Virus record (IMG/VR): IMGVR_UViG_3300018495_000088 | Location: 45,163-109,162 of that record | Length of the DNA stretch: 64,000 nucleotides | Source of the DNA: a virus | Lineage: Duplodnaviria > Caudoviricetes | Direction: 5' to 3' (one strand) | In this document: positions 1 to 11,900 of the stretch, piece after piece | Layout of the letters: each line of letters starts with the position of its first letter | Numbering within the stretch: position 1 is the first letter of the stretch | Notes under the pieces: generated by a model | The model's database searches: none | Seen by the model: only the letters and a program-made list of their open reading frames with translations | Told to the model about the DNA's origin: nothing | Program-made: the position numbers and the translations under genes

Positions 1-717
1 GTTTCTGGTAATCACCACAATATGATTAGACAGAGACTTGCAGGAGGCAGACACTTCTCCGTAGCTGGTGAGTGGTTCGGCCTAAAGATCTATGCAGATT
101 TTGAGCGTGTTCTTACTGGCGCTGAGGACTGGGCTGCTTTCGTTTCGAAGGTAGCTGAGGCTATCAACCGTTATCTCTACGATGCTCTTTACGCTTCTCT
201 TAGAGGCGCAAAGGACAGCCTTGGTGCAAACTGGGTTAAGTCTGGTGCACTTGAGACTGCTAACAAGGCAACACTCGTAAAGCTTTGCCAGGACATCTCT
301 ATGGCAACTGGCTCTGAGGTTACTATCTTTGGTGCTCGTACTGCTCTCTCTTCTCTTACTGGCATGGCTGATGTAAACTGGGCTCCCGAGTCTGTTAAGA
401 AGGAGTACTACGCAAACGGCGGCATCCTTGGCAACTGGGAAGGCTTCGCTTGCGCAGAAATCGGTCAGGGTCTTAAGAGAGGCGCTGGCATTAATAGTGC
501 TTCTGTTGAGTATCAGCTTGATACCGATAGACTCTACATCATTCCTACTAGCGTAGCAAACAAGTTCATTAAGCTTGTTAACTACGGTGAGACTCAGGTT
601 TCTCAGGTTACCGATAAGGATGTTAACAGAGATATGAGCTACGAATATGAAGTACTCTACAAGATGGGTATTAATGTTATTCTTAACACCGTCTTTGGAG
701 TATGGGAGATTGTATAA
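1..717 (+). CDS. Major capsid protein, C-terminal part (5' end outside the window)
   Basis: Frame 1 is open from base 1 (VSGNHHNMIRQRL...). Strong high-expression codon bias (GCT/AAG/CTT). Ends ...YKMGINVILNTVFGVWEIV, like HK97-fold capsid C-termini. Lies upstream of the head-tail genes. Confidence 0.72.
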   Translation, partial: VSGNHHNMIRQRLAGGRHFSVAGEWFGLKIYADFERVLTGAEDWAAFVSKVAEAINRYLYDALYASLRGAKDSLGANWVKSGALETANKATLVKLCQDISMATGSEVTIFGARTALSSLTGMADVNWAPESVKKEYYANGGILGNWEGFACAEIGQGLKRGAGINSASVEYQLDTDRLYIIPTSVANKFIKLVNYGETQVSQVTDKDVNRDMSYEYEVLYKMGINVILNTVFGVWEIV

Positions 718-757
718 TCTTTAATTAAACATATAGGACAAAAAGGAGAAATTTATT

Positions 758-1303
758 ATGGCTACAAAAAAATCAACAGTTGAAACCGAAGAAATCATCG
801 ATACCGAGGCGGTCGAGGAAGTTAAGCCCGCTCCAAAAAAGGTCAACAAGCCAAAACACGACCCCAATGAACTTATTCTTTGTAGAAGTGTTCGTTTTGG
901 TGAGCTTAGACTTATTGGTCCAAAGACTCGTATGCCTTATAGCTGGGCAAACGAAGGAGATGTGCGAGAGGTTGAATATCAAGACCTTGTATCTTGGAGA
1001 GCACTTCATTCTAGATATCTTTTCGAGCCAATGATTATCATTGAGGACGAGGATATTGTTGAGGAGTGGAAGGCGGATCTTGGGGAACTCTATGATGAAC
1101 TTCAGGACATTGATATTAAAGCAATGTTTAAGCTTCCTCATAGACAGTTTGTCGCACAGCTTAAGAAACTTCCTGCTGGTATGAAGACTACAGTCCAGAA
1201 TATGGCTTATTCTATGATTCAGGATAGAACTCTTTATGACCTTAGAATTATCGACGCTATTGATGAGATTCTTGGTACAGAACTGAAGATGATGATCAAC
1301 TAA
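758..1303 (+). CDS. Phage hypothetical protein following the capsid gene (181 aa)
   Basis: AAGGAG RBS; low-complexity K/E N-terminus; position after capsid. Confidence 0.6.
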   Translation: MATKKSTVETEEIIDTEAVEEVKPAPKKVNKPKHDPNELILCRSVRFGELRLIGPKTRMPYSWANEGDVREVEYQDLVSWRALHSRYLFEPMIIIEDEDIVEEWKADLGELYDELQDIDIKAMFKLPHRQFVAQLKKLPAGMKTTVQNMAYSMIQDRTLYDLRIIDAIDEILGTELKMMIN

Positions 1304-1321
1304 TATAGGGAGGTGTCTTAG

Positions 1322-1744
1322 ATGACTTCCTATGAAGTACTTTATAACCGTGCGTTAGCACAAATCACAGATCCTCTTTTAGCGCAACTGCCTGAAGAGG
1401 ATTTAGAAAACATGCTCCACGATTGGTTACTTGATGCTATTGTCGAACCTGTTGTTGGTGAGTACGACTTCTCCGACAGAGATGATGAATTGAGGCAATT
1501 CAATTTTGACATTTCAGAAAGAGACCAGAAGATACTCTCGATACATATGGTTCGTGCTTGGCTCGCCCCTCAGCTCCGTTCGGTTACATTAACTCAGCAG
1601 GTGTTTAGTGGTAAAGAGACTAAGTATTTTAGTCAGAGTCAACATATCACAGAAATGCGTGCGCTCGATGAACAGCTTCGCAAGGATGCAGACTTGTTAT
1701 TTTGTCGTGGAACATATTTAAAGAATGATTATTTCAATGATTGA
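1322..1744 (+). CDS. Putative head-tail adaptor (140 aa)
   Basis: GGGAGGTG RBS; size, predicted helical character and synteny. Confidence 0.5.
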   Translation: MTSYEVLYNRALAQITDPLLAQLPEEDLENMLHDWLLDAIVEPVVGEYDFSDRDDELRQFNFDISERDQKILSIHMVRAWLAPQLRSVTLTQQVFSGKETKYFSQSQHITEMRALDEQLRKDADLLFCRGTYLKNDYFND

Positions 1745-1755
1745 GGTACATAGTG

Positions 1756-2058
1756 ATGAGAAATATATATGAAAATGTACCGTCGAATCAAATTGAAAAA
1801 CAAAAGCGTTACTTTTATGGCGCTATAATTAATTGTTTGTATCTCTGGGAGGATAACAGTCCTTTTGTAGATGCAACAATTCAAACTTTGATAAATCAAA
1901 TTGGTGGGTCAAATCACTTGTTTGGTTTTCAGCCCGAAGTGCTTACAATTGTAAGCAATTTGGAGACGGCTCGAAGAGAGCCTTCACAATTCCGTAAATG
2001 CATCCTAGATGCCGCCAATTTGGTAGATAAACTGAATGGTGGTGATTCCAATGTTTGA
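1756..2058 (+). CDS. Phage hypothetical protein (about 100 aa)
   Basis: GAGGT RBS at 1743-1747 before GTG1753/ATG1756; overlaps the next gene. Confidence 0.55.
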   Translation: MRNIYENVPSNQIEKQKRYFYGAIINCLYLWEDNSPFVDATIQTLINQIGGSNHLFGFQPEVLTIVSNLETARREPSQFRKCILDAANLVDKLNGGDSNV

Positions 2059-3121
2059 CCATTACAAAAGCCGTATGGCTCACAGAGGCTCTAATATGAG
2101 TGAAATGCTTCGTGCGCAGTCCAATATGGTTATTGAGCAAACTTGGGATCGAGATCCAAATTACCGTCAAGTTTATGTTGTTAAAGTTGAGCATGGGTTG
2201 CCTATGGTGACCTATGAGCATGAATTAATTGATGCAAAGTTTAATGTTGAGTCGTATCAAAGACTTACATCTGACGAGCCCGCTTATCACCTTCAGTTTA
2301 GACACGGTGCCGAAAAACTCAATCCCGATATTGCTATCGGTTCTTATGTATATATGGCCGATGAGGATAATGAGTGGAAGTGGTGGCTAATCGTTGCTTT
2401 AGATGAGCGTCCGCAGTTTAGACAGTACCACATATTGGAAACAAACTGGACTTTAAAGTGGATTGTTGACAATAAGATTTATAGCTGTCTTGCGGTGCAG
2501 AGATATCAAAATAGTTATAGTACTGGACTGCAGTCTGGTATCAGAATTACTGGTGTTGATGATATGACGGCTATTTGGGTGCCGACAAATTCAGAGACGC
2601 AAACCATTGGATATAATCAGAGATTTTTAATTTCAGATGTTGGTAGAATTCCTGCCCTTTGTTATGAAGTGTCTAAAATTTCTGACACATCTCCTGTGGG
2701 ATTAATTAAGTTTAGTCTTGCACAGACAGCATTTAATGAAAGCACTGATAACACCGACTTGATGATTGCTGACTATTGGTCAGACGCCATAGAGCCTATC
2801 GAGTCAGATATTGAGGCAGAGCTTACGAGAGAAGCTAAGATTTCCTATACAGGACAAACTACTACCATTAAGGTAGGAGGAAGTTTTAAAACCTTTACAC
2901 CCTCGTTTACTGCTTCGGATACAAAGGTGAAGAAATGGCTTGTTAGTGACGAGGTGGGCGATATTAGTAGAGATGGCGAGAATTACACTATAGAATATAG
3001 CGGCGAGCAACTTAAATTGAAAGTGGCACGCAATTATTATTTGATTGGAAAAATTTTAACCATACAAGTGGTTGGCACGGACGATAGTACGGCAGAAATA
3101 AAGATTGAGGTGATTGGCTAA
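2051..3121 (+). CDS. Putative head-closure/neck protein with C-terminal Ig-like domain
   Basis: GGTGGTGA RBS before ATG2051 (MFDHYK...); beta-rich last ~95 aa; synteny with SPbeta-like neck genes. Confidence 0.5.
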   Translation: MFDHYKSRMAHRGSNMSEMLRAQSNMVIEQTWDRDPNYRQVYVVKVEHGLPMVTYEHELIDAKFNVESYQRLTSDEPAYHLQFRHGAEKLNPDIAIGSYVYMADEDNEWKWWLIVALDERPQFRQYHILETNWTLKWIVDNKIYSCLAVQRYQNSYSTGLQSGIRITGVDDMTAIWVPTNSETQTIGYNQRFLISDVGRIPALCYEVSKISDTSPVGLIKFSLAQTAFNESTDNTDLMIADYWSDAIEPIESDIEAELTREAKISYTGQTTTIKVGGSFKTFTPSFTASDTKVKKWLVSDEVGDISRDGENYTIEYSGEQLKLKVARNYYLIGKILTIQVVGTDDSTAEIKIEVIG

Positions 3122-3654
3122 TGAAACGAGATATTCAGCACATTGATGATGATATAATCCGTAAAAAGCGTCGTATCGAAGAAATTCTTTATTCTGACGA
3201 GGATATTATCGAGGTATTAGATAACAAGTCTTTGGATCCGACTGTTCCCGAGGATTATGTCGGTGAGAATATATTTGGGTTTTTACGTGTTCCTGGAGTT
3301 CAGGATACTTCCAAAAACTTTATAACTTTTACTATAGATGATATGGGATTGATGCCAGGGAATCAGGTAATGAAATCTCAATATATTCAGTTTGTTGTCT
3401 TTGTACATAAAGATATGGTGAAGACTGACTACGGTATGGAACGTCACGATTTACTCGGATATTTGATTCGGGACATCTTTAATTTATCTAACAAACTTGG
3501 CCCACAAATGGAGCTCGTATCCAATCGCGAGGGCATCACAGACAGAGATTTTTATACCAGAACACTAAAATTTGAGCTTATTGATGATAATTCAACAAAG
3601 TCTTGTAGAACAAACCCTTATGAATATGACAGAATTGTTGGTCATAGGAGGTAA
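3121..3654 (+). CDS. Putative tail terminator/completion protein (177 aa)
   Basis: Translationally coupled (TAATG); size and position before the tail tube. Confidence 0.5.
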   Translation: MKRDIQHIDDDIIRKKRRIEEILYSDEDIIEVLDNKSLDPTVPEDYVGENIFGFLRVPGVQDTSKNFITFTIDDMGLMPGNQVMKSQYIQFVVFVHKDMVKTDYGMERHDLLGYLIRDIFNLSNKLGPQMELVSNREGITDRDFYTRTLKFELIDDNSTKSCRTNPYEYDRIVGHRR

Positions 3655-3657
3655 GTT

Positions 3658-4437
3658 ATGGATATTATCCAAGTAGACGAACTTCGCTTATATTTTGGTG
3701 ATGATATAAAAATTGCAGATGGGGTAGTTTTGAGGTCTCCTACTATTGGACAAATAGTTGAGTATGGGGAGAGTTCGTATTTTTCCGTGCTACAGACTTT
3801 ATGCGCAACGCCTAGTTCTATGAAGGTTCAACTTGATGATATGAAGTTGGACTGGATGAAAGTTACAGATTGGCAATTGTTTACTATGCTTTGTTCTTCT
3901 TTTCGACCAGAACAAACATCGCTGGTCCTTGGTGATTTAGACCTTTCTAAACTCAAACCATATTCTATGGGAGAGACTGAAGAAGTTGTGCTTTCTAATG
4001 AAGATCACACGGTTGTTATTAATGAAATTATATATAATGTGTTGATTACATACTTGAGAAAGATGCATGGGTTTAAGAAACAGGTAGACAAAGCAGGAAA
4101 CAAAATGACACATAAGGTGTTGTTGAATCTTGCTAGGCAGGATGCAAAAATGGCCCAAAACAAACCATACAAATCTTTCTTGTTACCCTTGGTGTCTTCT
4201 TTACAAGGCAGACAAGGATATGAGAAAGAGTATATTCGTAATATGGGCGTTTACGAATTTTTTAATCAAATAAATCGCGCACAAATCATTTGTCAAGCAG
4301 ATGCTGCCCTTGGAGGTATGTATTCTGGCTTTGTGGATACAAAGAAGATGGACAAAACTGTCTTAGATTGGATGCGTGATATTACAGATGAATCGCCCAA
4401 AAATAATAAATCAATTCTTAAAGAAGGGGCTAACTAA
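3658..4437 (+). CDS. Tail-associated hypothetical protein (259 aa)
   Basis: AGGAGGT RBS; lies directly before the tail tube gene. Confidence 0.55.
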   Translation: MDIIQVDELRLYFGDDIKIADGVVLRSPTIGQIVEYGESSYFSVLQTLCATPSSMKVQLDDMKLDWMKVTDWQLFTMLCSSFRPEQTSLVLGDLDLSKLKPYSMGETEEVVLSNEDHTVVINEIIYNVLITYLRKMHGFKKQVDKAGNKMTHKVLLNLARQDAKMAQNKPYKSFLLPLVSSLQGRQGYEKEYIRNMGVYEFFNQINRAQIICQADAALGGMYSGFVDTKKMDKTVLDWMRDITDESPKNNKSILKEGAN

Positions 4438-4449
4438 CCTCTTCTTTTT
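4421..4449 (+). terminator. Probable intrinsic terminator overlapping the stop of 3658..4437
   Basis: AAGAAGGGG-ctaactaa-CCTCTTCTT stem followed by a T-run. Confidence 0.55.
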
Positions 4450-4485
4450 ATATTAAAAAAATTTATTTAATGGAGGAAATATATC

Positions 4486-5259
4486 ATGGCTCAGTATGCA
4501 CTCGATAGAGTTATTAGCGTTGCTGGTACTTACGCAGCAACCAATTCCAAGAAGGGTATTACTGAAGGCGGCCTCGCATTCCTTTGCGACCAGGTCGTAG
4601 ACCCTTCTCTTTCTTTTACCTCTGAAACAGAGGATATCGTAGACGCAAGAAATAATGTAGTAATGCAGCTTCAGGGCGCTCGTGGAGCAACCCTTGGCGC
4701 TTCCAACGCTTTCTTCAACACTCAGATCCTTGCAAACCAGACTGGCGGCAAGGTAGAGGCAATCACCGCAGAGACCTTCGACAAGTACGACATCTGCACT
4801 CTTGATGCAGAGAAGAAGGCAACCCTTACCGTTACACCTTCGGCTGATAGCGAGTATAAGGTGTTCGCTCTTCGTACTGACAATAGCATCACTACTGCAG
4901 AGCCCACCGTTGGTACTTACGCTGACGGTAAGGTAACTGTAGAAAACGGTGTTGAGGGCGACAGAGTTCTCGTTGCTTATACCGCAGAGGTTAAGACTGG
5001 TGAGAAGATCGTTGCTCTTGCAGATGCTCAGAACGAACTTATGAACGTAACTGCAGAAGTTCTTCTTCGTGAACTTTGCGCAGAGGAGCTTTATTATGCT
5101 TACATCATCATGAGAGGTAAGCTCTCTGGTGAGGCTGAGTGGTCTATGACCAGAGATGGTAACCACGCTTTCGAAATTACTGCATTCCCCTCTTATTGCG
5201 ATGCAGAGAGAAAGCTTGTTGAAGTTATTATCGTTAGAGGCGAGGATCTCCTTGCTTAA
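4486..5259 (+). CDS. Major tail (tail tube) protein (257 aa)
   Basis: GGAGG RBS; same strong codon bias as the capsid; beta-rich, acidic; followed by a stable hairpin. Confidence 0.7.
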   Translation: MAQYALDRVISVAGTYAATNSKKGITEGGLAFLCDQVVDPSLSFTSETEDIVDARNNVVMQLQGARGATLGASNAFFNTQILANQTGGKVEAITAETFDKYDICTLDAEKKATLTVTPSADSEYKVFALRTDNSITTAEPTVGTYADGKVTVENGVEGDRVLVAYTAEVKTGEKIVALADAQNELMNVTAEVLLRELCAEELYYAYIIMRGKLSGEAEWSMTRDGNHAFEITAFPSYCDAERKLVEVIIVRGEDLLA

Positions 5260-5273
5260 TTTATAATGTTTAT

Positions 5274-5308
5274 GCTAAGGCGGCTAACACCGCCTTAGCG
5301 CATTATTA
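5274..5308 (+). terminator. Stem-loop after the tail tube gene (weak terminator or mRNA stabiliser)
   Basis: Perfect 10-bp stem GCTAAGGCGG-ctaaca-CCGCCTTAGC; poor U-tract. Confidence 0.55.
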
Positions 5309-5322
5309 AGGAGGTATGACAT

Positions 5323-5688
5323 ATGAATAGAAAGATATGTCGCCAATGCGGAAAAGTGTTTAATTATTGCAGAAGTTGCTCATTTAAACCCATTCCGTGG
5401 AAAGAGGCTGGATTCTGCAGTCGTGAATGTTCTGCAGAACACAAAGAACCAAAAATAAAAGAAGTTATCCCCACAGAGGATGTAGAAGTAGTTGTAATTG
5501 AGGAGGATACATCTACGCCAACAGAAAATGCGATAGAGTGTCCTCATTTTTTTACCGAGGTCGAAGAGTCTGAAATTACATCTACTGAAGAATTTAAGCC
5601 TAAAAAGAAAAGGATTAAAACCATAGAAGTGGGACAAAAGGAGAACAATATAGATGAAAATGAGCAAAATAACGGGTCAGTCATATGA
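5323..5688 (+). CDS. Cys-rich (zinc-finger-like) protein with acidic tail (121 aa)
   Basis: CRQC...CRSC...CSREC at the N-terminus; AAGGAGGT RBS. Confidence 0.6.
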   Translation: MNRKICRQCGKVFNYCRSCSFKPIPWKEAGFCSRECSAEHKEPKIKEVIPTEDVEVVVIEEDTSTPTENAIECPHFFTEVEESEITSTEEFKPKKKRIKTIEVGQKENNIDENEQNNGSVI

Positions 5689-5881
5689 CCCAACAAGAGT
5701 TGTCTATATTACTAACCCAAAACAACATTTTGCATATGCAAGATATTTGGGTGGTTGGCAATATTTTGTAGATATGAGTGCTTCGTCTGATAAAAATGAT
5801 GGTATGGGCGTGTTTATATGGCAAAAATGCCCAGAGACAAGAGAAGCAAAACAAAAGTGGGATAACCACGAATTAGAATAA
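5654..5881 (+). CDS. Small phage hypothetical protein (75 aa)
   Basis: AAGGAG RBS upstream; overlaps the previous gene by 35 nt. Confidence 0.55.
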   Translation: MKMSKITGQSYDPTRVVYITNPKQHFAYARYLGGWQYFVDMSASSDKNDGMGVFIWQKCPETREAKQKWDNHELE

Positions 5882-5916
5882 ATAAAATTTCAAAGAAAGG
5901 AGGGTGTGAATGTACA

Positions 5917-8900
5917 ATGGCACTTTCATTTGAAGAATCTAAAAAACAACTACTTGCCCAGCAGGCGGCCGAGGCACCAGCTATGTTTATGATGAGAAGA
6001 GCGGCTCCTGCCTCGGATTTTTGGATCCCCCATAATGGGTATAGGTGGTTCGAAGATTATTATGATGATAAGATTTCTACGGTTGATGACAATAAAAATA
6101 TTTTCGTACATGACTCGCAGGTAAATATTTCCCAGGAAGTTAACAGCCAATTTGTTCCTTTTGAAATGATGAGACGCTATGACAATATAGATTTGGTTAA
6201 TATGGCGCTCTCGATACATTTTACAACCAGCGACGGTTATCACGGTGCGTCGAACCCTGTGAACGTGGAATATAATGACGAGAAGATTAGATTTGCGTGG
6301 CTTGTTGATGAAAAGGTAACTCATGTAGCAGGCAATATTAAATTTGAAATTCACGCCGATGGTGCAATTACAGATACCAAAGGTAATTCATACGGATATC
6401 GCTGGAAGTCTCAATCTACCGACAAGTTTAATATCGTAAAGTCCTTGTGCGAAGACCCTAATTGCGAACCCGTAGCTGTTAGCGACGATTGGGTTGTAGA
6501 GATAGTTGAGTCTGTCACGGCCTCTGTCGCTGAAAAAATAGCGGAGGCTGAAGTTGGAGCAGAAGTTGCAAAAGCCGAGGCCGCAGCCGCAAAAGCTGAA
6601 ACTGCTGCGAGCAACGCTGAATCTGCAGCGGAAACAGTTGTAAATAATGCATTGGTTGGTTATAGTACGACTACGGAAATGCAGGAGCAGATTGCGCAAG
6701 CAATTGAGAATGCTGATATTGACAATAAGCTTACGGCGTATGCAAAGACGGAAACTGTTAATGCATTAATCGGAGATATTGGCGAAAGCGAGTCTGTTGT
6801 TAGTTATGTTGATAATGCCGTTAAGGGCGTAGATGTCACAGAACAGCTAGCTAATTATGCGTTGAAGGATGAAGTTCCAACTAAACTTAGTGAGCTTGAG
6901 AATGATGCAGAGTATGTAACTACTAGCGAAATGCAGGAGGCAATTGACAGCGTTGATGTGTCTGAGCAGTTGGTTGACTATGCTAAAGCTAAGGACGTTG
7001 ATGATAAGATTTCTGTTGTTCAAACACAAGTTGATACAAACAAGGGCGATATTTCGGCACTTTCTGGTAAGGTTTCGACCAACGAAACTAATATTGGAGA
7101 CTTAACTTCCAACGCAACAACATTAAGTACGAAAATTACCGACTTGGAAGCCGCAGTTAAAGAGATGGCGGATCAAGCTGGTTATGAATATTATGCAACT
7201 TATGGAAAGACCACACTTGAAGCGACTGGCGAGGAGGCTGAAAACGTCTTTACTTTATATGAAGTGGACGGCAGTTCAGAGTCTGTAAAGAGCCAGTTTG
7301 TTATTACGGGTGGCTCTGGGGGCGGAAATGTAGCGGCAACTACTCTTACCGTAACGCGCGTCACATCTTCGCCTTTAACTATTACTACGAGCGATAAAGC
7401 TATAATTGAGTTTAATTGTACATCTTATGATGCAGACGGCGAAACCGTTGATTGCTCTTATACTTGGAAAAAGGGCAGTTCTGTTATTATGTCTGGTTCG
7501 CTTGCACAAGGTCTTAACACCTTTGATTTGAGTGAGTATGTTACAACGGGTACACACAAGTTTACCCTTACTGTTACCGATGAAGGCGGATCTATGTCTG
7601 TTAAAACTTGGACCGTTCAGATGGTCGACGTTCACATCGAATCTTCGTTTAACGATCAAAGAACTTATGTGGCGGGTGATACAGTTAGTTTTACATATAC
7701 ACCCTATGGCGCAATACCAAAGACTGTACATTTTAAGCTCAATGGTGTTGAACTTGAGTCCGTAAATACTACCGCTTCTGGCTTATTGCAATCTTATACA
7801 TTGCCTGCGCAGACTCACGGCGCACATTTGCTTGAAGTTTGGATGACGGCAACTGTAAATAGTGTGGAAATTGAAACACCTCATATTTATAAGGACATCA
7901 TTTGGTATGATTCTGAGTCGGACATTCCTGTTATTGGATGTATTTATCGATATGATTATTACGGCATTGTGGCGGCCCGTCAGTATAATGCAACGGAGAT
8001 TACTTATGTTGTATATGACCCGTCTGCTGAAAACCCAACAGTAATTCGTTATGTTGATGGAGTATCTATTGGCGAACAGACCCTTGAGGGTGCTACCGAT
8101 ACTTGGTCCTATAAGTCTTCTGAAGTTGGCGAAAAAATACTTACCATTGAGTGTGGCGTAACTTCTGTGGAAATCAAACTTGATGTTGCGGAGCTTGGTA
8201 TTAATATTGAGCCTGTTATAGCAGGTTTGGCATTTGACTTTAATCCGACTGGCTATTCCAATAATGACACCGATAGAATTTGGTCTGATGCAAAAACGGG
8301 CATAAAGATGTCTGTGTCTGATAATTTTGACTGGACTAACGGTGGATATCAGAGAGATGAGAATGGTGACACATATTTCTGTGTAAAGGCTGGCACAACG
8401 GCTACTATTAACTACAATCTCTTTGGATCTGATTATGACCCCAAGGCAACAGGCAAAGAGTTTAAGTTTGTATTTAAAACCACAAATGTTAAAAAGCGTA
8501 GTAGCACTTTCTTGTCTTGTATCGACGGCGAAACTCCCATTGGTCTTGATATGAAGGTTGAGAATGCGAAGATTTATGCGAGCAACAAAGAACTTTATGT
8601 TCCTTATTGCGAAGAAGATATCATCGAATTTGAGTTTAATATTAACAAAGACACCGATATTCCTATGGTTATGACATACGAAGATGGTGTTGCTAATAGA
8701 CCTTTGATTTATGCAGCCGACTCGTCATTTATGCAACTTGCGGCACAACCCATTACGATTGGTAGTGCAGACTGTGACGTTCATATTTATCGTATGAAAG
8801 CATATGATACGAGCTTGACAGATAAAGAGATTTTGACAAACTTTATTGCGGATGCTCGTAATGCAGATGAGATGATTGCAAGATATAATCGCAATCAGAT

Positions 8901-11900
8901 TTATGACGAGAATAACGCATTAACACCTGAGACTTTGGCTGAAAAATGTCCAGATCTCCGTATCATTATGATTGATGCACCTTGGTTCACCAATGATAAG
9001 GATGATAAGGTTGGCGGTACTACTATTCGTCAGATTTATAAGGGTGGAGATGCACTATTAGATAACTGGACTTGTACTGGAGCAAAACATAGTGGACAAG
9101 GTACTAGTTCTAATAAGTACGGTTACGCAGGTCGTAACATTAGACTTATTATGAATGAAGATGAATCTTTGTTTACATTTAATGGTACAAATGAAGACGG
9201 AACTCCTATTACTGGCAAGAAAGTTACCTTTACTAGAGGCTCGGTTCCTACTGACTATATGAATATCAAAGTCAACATCGCTTCGTCTGAAAACCAAAAT
9301 AACGCACAGTTTGCTCAGAGATACAATGAGTTCAACCCCGTTGTTAGACTTGCAAAGGTAGATGATCCGAAGGTTAAAGACACTATGGAGTTTCATAACT
9401 GTGTAGTCTTTATTCGTGAGAATGAAGAAGACTTGACGAAACATAGAGAATTCAATGATACTTCTTGGCATTTTTATGCGATCGGTAATATCGGCGACGA
9501 TAAGAAGACAGATAAAACCAGGGTTAATGACTCCAAAGACCCAAAAGAGTGTATTGTTGAAATTACAGACTTTGATGTGCCTTTAGCAGAATTTCCAACT
9601 GGCATTGGTGGTGACTATATTGCCCCCGATGAATTTGTTGCTGGCAATACTGCGTATGATAACCTATATTCTGAATATGCCTATGATGAAGAGGGTAAAT
9701 TTAAAGCTTTTGGCGCAGAATCGTATGAATTTAGATACGAAATGAAGGGAATTACCGATGAACAGAGACAGGCAAATATTGATGCTTGGCGTGAATTCTA
9801 TACGTTTGTTATAACTTCTACCGATGAAGAATTTATTACAAATATTGAGAATTATTTCGTGCTTGACTCGGCATTATATTATTATCTGTTTACTGAAAGA
9901 TATTTGATGGTCGATAACAGAGCAAAGAATAGCTTCTGGCATTATGGTAAATGTGATGATGGTATTTATAGATGGGATTTGTGCTTTGCTTATGATATGG
10001 ACACCTCTCTTGGTATCGACAACACAGGTAAACTTATCCTATCATACGGTCAAGAAGATGTAGATAAAGATGCTTCAGGTGCTTACATCTATAGAGCAGC
10101 AGAAAGTAATTTCTTCTGCCGTATCAGAGATCTTTTTGCCGACAGACTCAAGGGTATGTTCCAGAGCCGCGAAAGTCTCGGCGCATGGAGCTCAACAAGT
10201 CTAATCAATCAGTGGGATAAAGCACAAAGTCAATTTCCTGAAGAACTTTGGAGACTCGATATTCAGAGAAAATATCTTAGAACTTATCAAGGAATATCTA
10301 TTGACAATAGTATCGCGGGTGCTCAGAACCCGATGTTCTTAGAGCCTATGCTGAATGGTCGAAAGAAGTATCAGCGTAGACAGTTTGAGCGCAACCAAGA
10401 ATTGTATATGGCAACAAAGTATGTAAGTACTTTTGCTAAGGATGATTTTATTAGATTGAGATTTAATAATCCAACTAATCCTGTGGTTAAGCAAGATTAT
10501 ACACTTTACCTAACGCCTTATACAGATATGTATATTTCGGCAGAGTTTGGTAATACTGCACCTATTGTATTTAGAGCAAAAGCTGGTGTCGAATATCCTG
10601 TTCGAAGAGAAACCGCTTCCGACACAGCAGATATTGTACTTATTTACGGCGCTTCGTTTATTCAGGCGATTGGTGACTTGTCCAAGTGCTATCTTGGAGA
10701 TAATGACTTTTCGAAGGCATCTCGTTTACAGAGCTTGACGATTGGTAGCGACGTTGAAGGATATGAAAATACTTTCATGACTGGACTGGCTCTTGGTAAC
10801 AATAAGTTACTTGAGTATCTTGATATTCGCAATATTACTGGACTAAATAGCGTTGTTGATTTGTCTAACTGTAACAACCTTATCGAACTTCGGGCCGAGG
10901 GTTCTGGAGCAACAGGTGTTATTTTTGCAAATGGTGGTAAGCTTGAAAAAGCTTATATCCCCGCAGTTACATCTCTCACAATGAAGAATCTTAATGACCT
11001 TGAGGTTCTTGATATTGCAAGTTATGAAAAACTTCAAAAACTTGTAGCTGAGAATATTCATAGAATAGATACTCATGCAATTGTTGATGCTTCCGCAAAT
11101 CTGAACACGGTTAGACTTGTTGGTATTAACTGGTCTAAGAATCTTAATATTCAAAACACCAATGTTCTTGACAGAATGTCTGATATGCGTGGCGTTGACA
11201 ATGACGGATATGAAAATAACACCCCTGTTGTTACTGGTTATATTTGGGTGGCATCTGGCAAAGATAGAGAAATTAGCGAATTTAATGAGTTATGGCCCTA
11301 TCTTACTATTGAAGCGGATGCTGTTACTAAGCAGTTTACGGTTACATTTGTCAATGATGATGGAACCGTATTAGATGTTCAATATGTTGATGCCGAGTCG
11401 CTGCCAGTAGATCCTGTCACCAGAGATGAGAATCCAATTAGTATACCTACAAAGGCAAGTACTATAAGCACACAATATGAATATACAGGATGGGATTCTA
11501 ACTTTATTCCTGTTTGGTCTGATCAGATAATCAAGGCCACCTATACGGAAAAGGTTAGAGAATATACTGTTCAGTATGTTTCTAACAACAATGTGCTTCA
11601 GACTAGTGTTGCACCATATGGTACTATGGTGTCGTATAATGGAGAAATTCCAACGTATACTTCGGGAGAAAGCGCACGTAAATATTACTTGTTTGATAGT
11701 TGGGATAAGTCTGGTTATGTTGATGGCGATAAGGCTATTAATGCAATATTTGATTCGTGTCAGTACGCAGACAAGTATTTTGAAGGGAAAGAGTTATCTT
11801 CTCTTCGCCCTGTTGAAGTTTATATGATGACTAAACTTAATGCGGCTGGAATAATTTCTATGGCAGACTACATTGGGGCTAAGGATTCGTTGACCATTCA

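Noticed and set aside
4453-5166. 237-aa minus-strand ORF, and similar antisense ORFs at 13741..14472, 14639..15682, 40888..41508 and 42694..43329
   Set aside because: Overlap well-supported plus-strand genes; composition is what the reverse complement of biased codons gives
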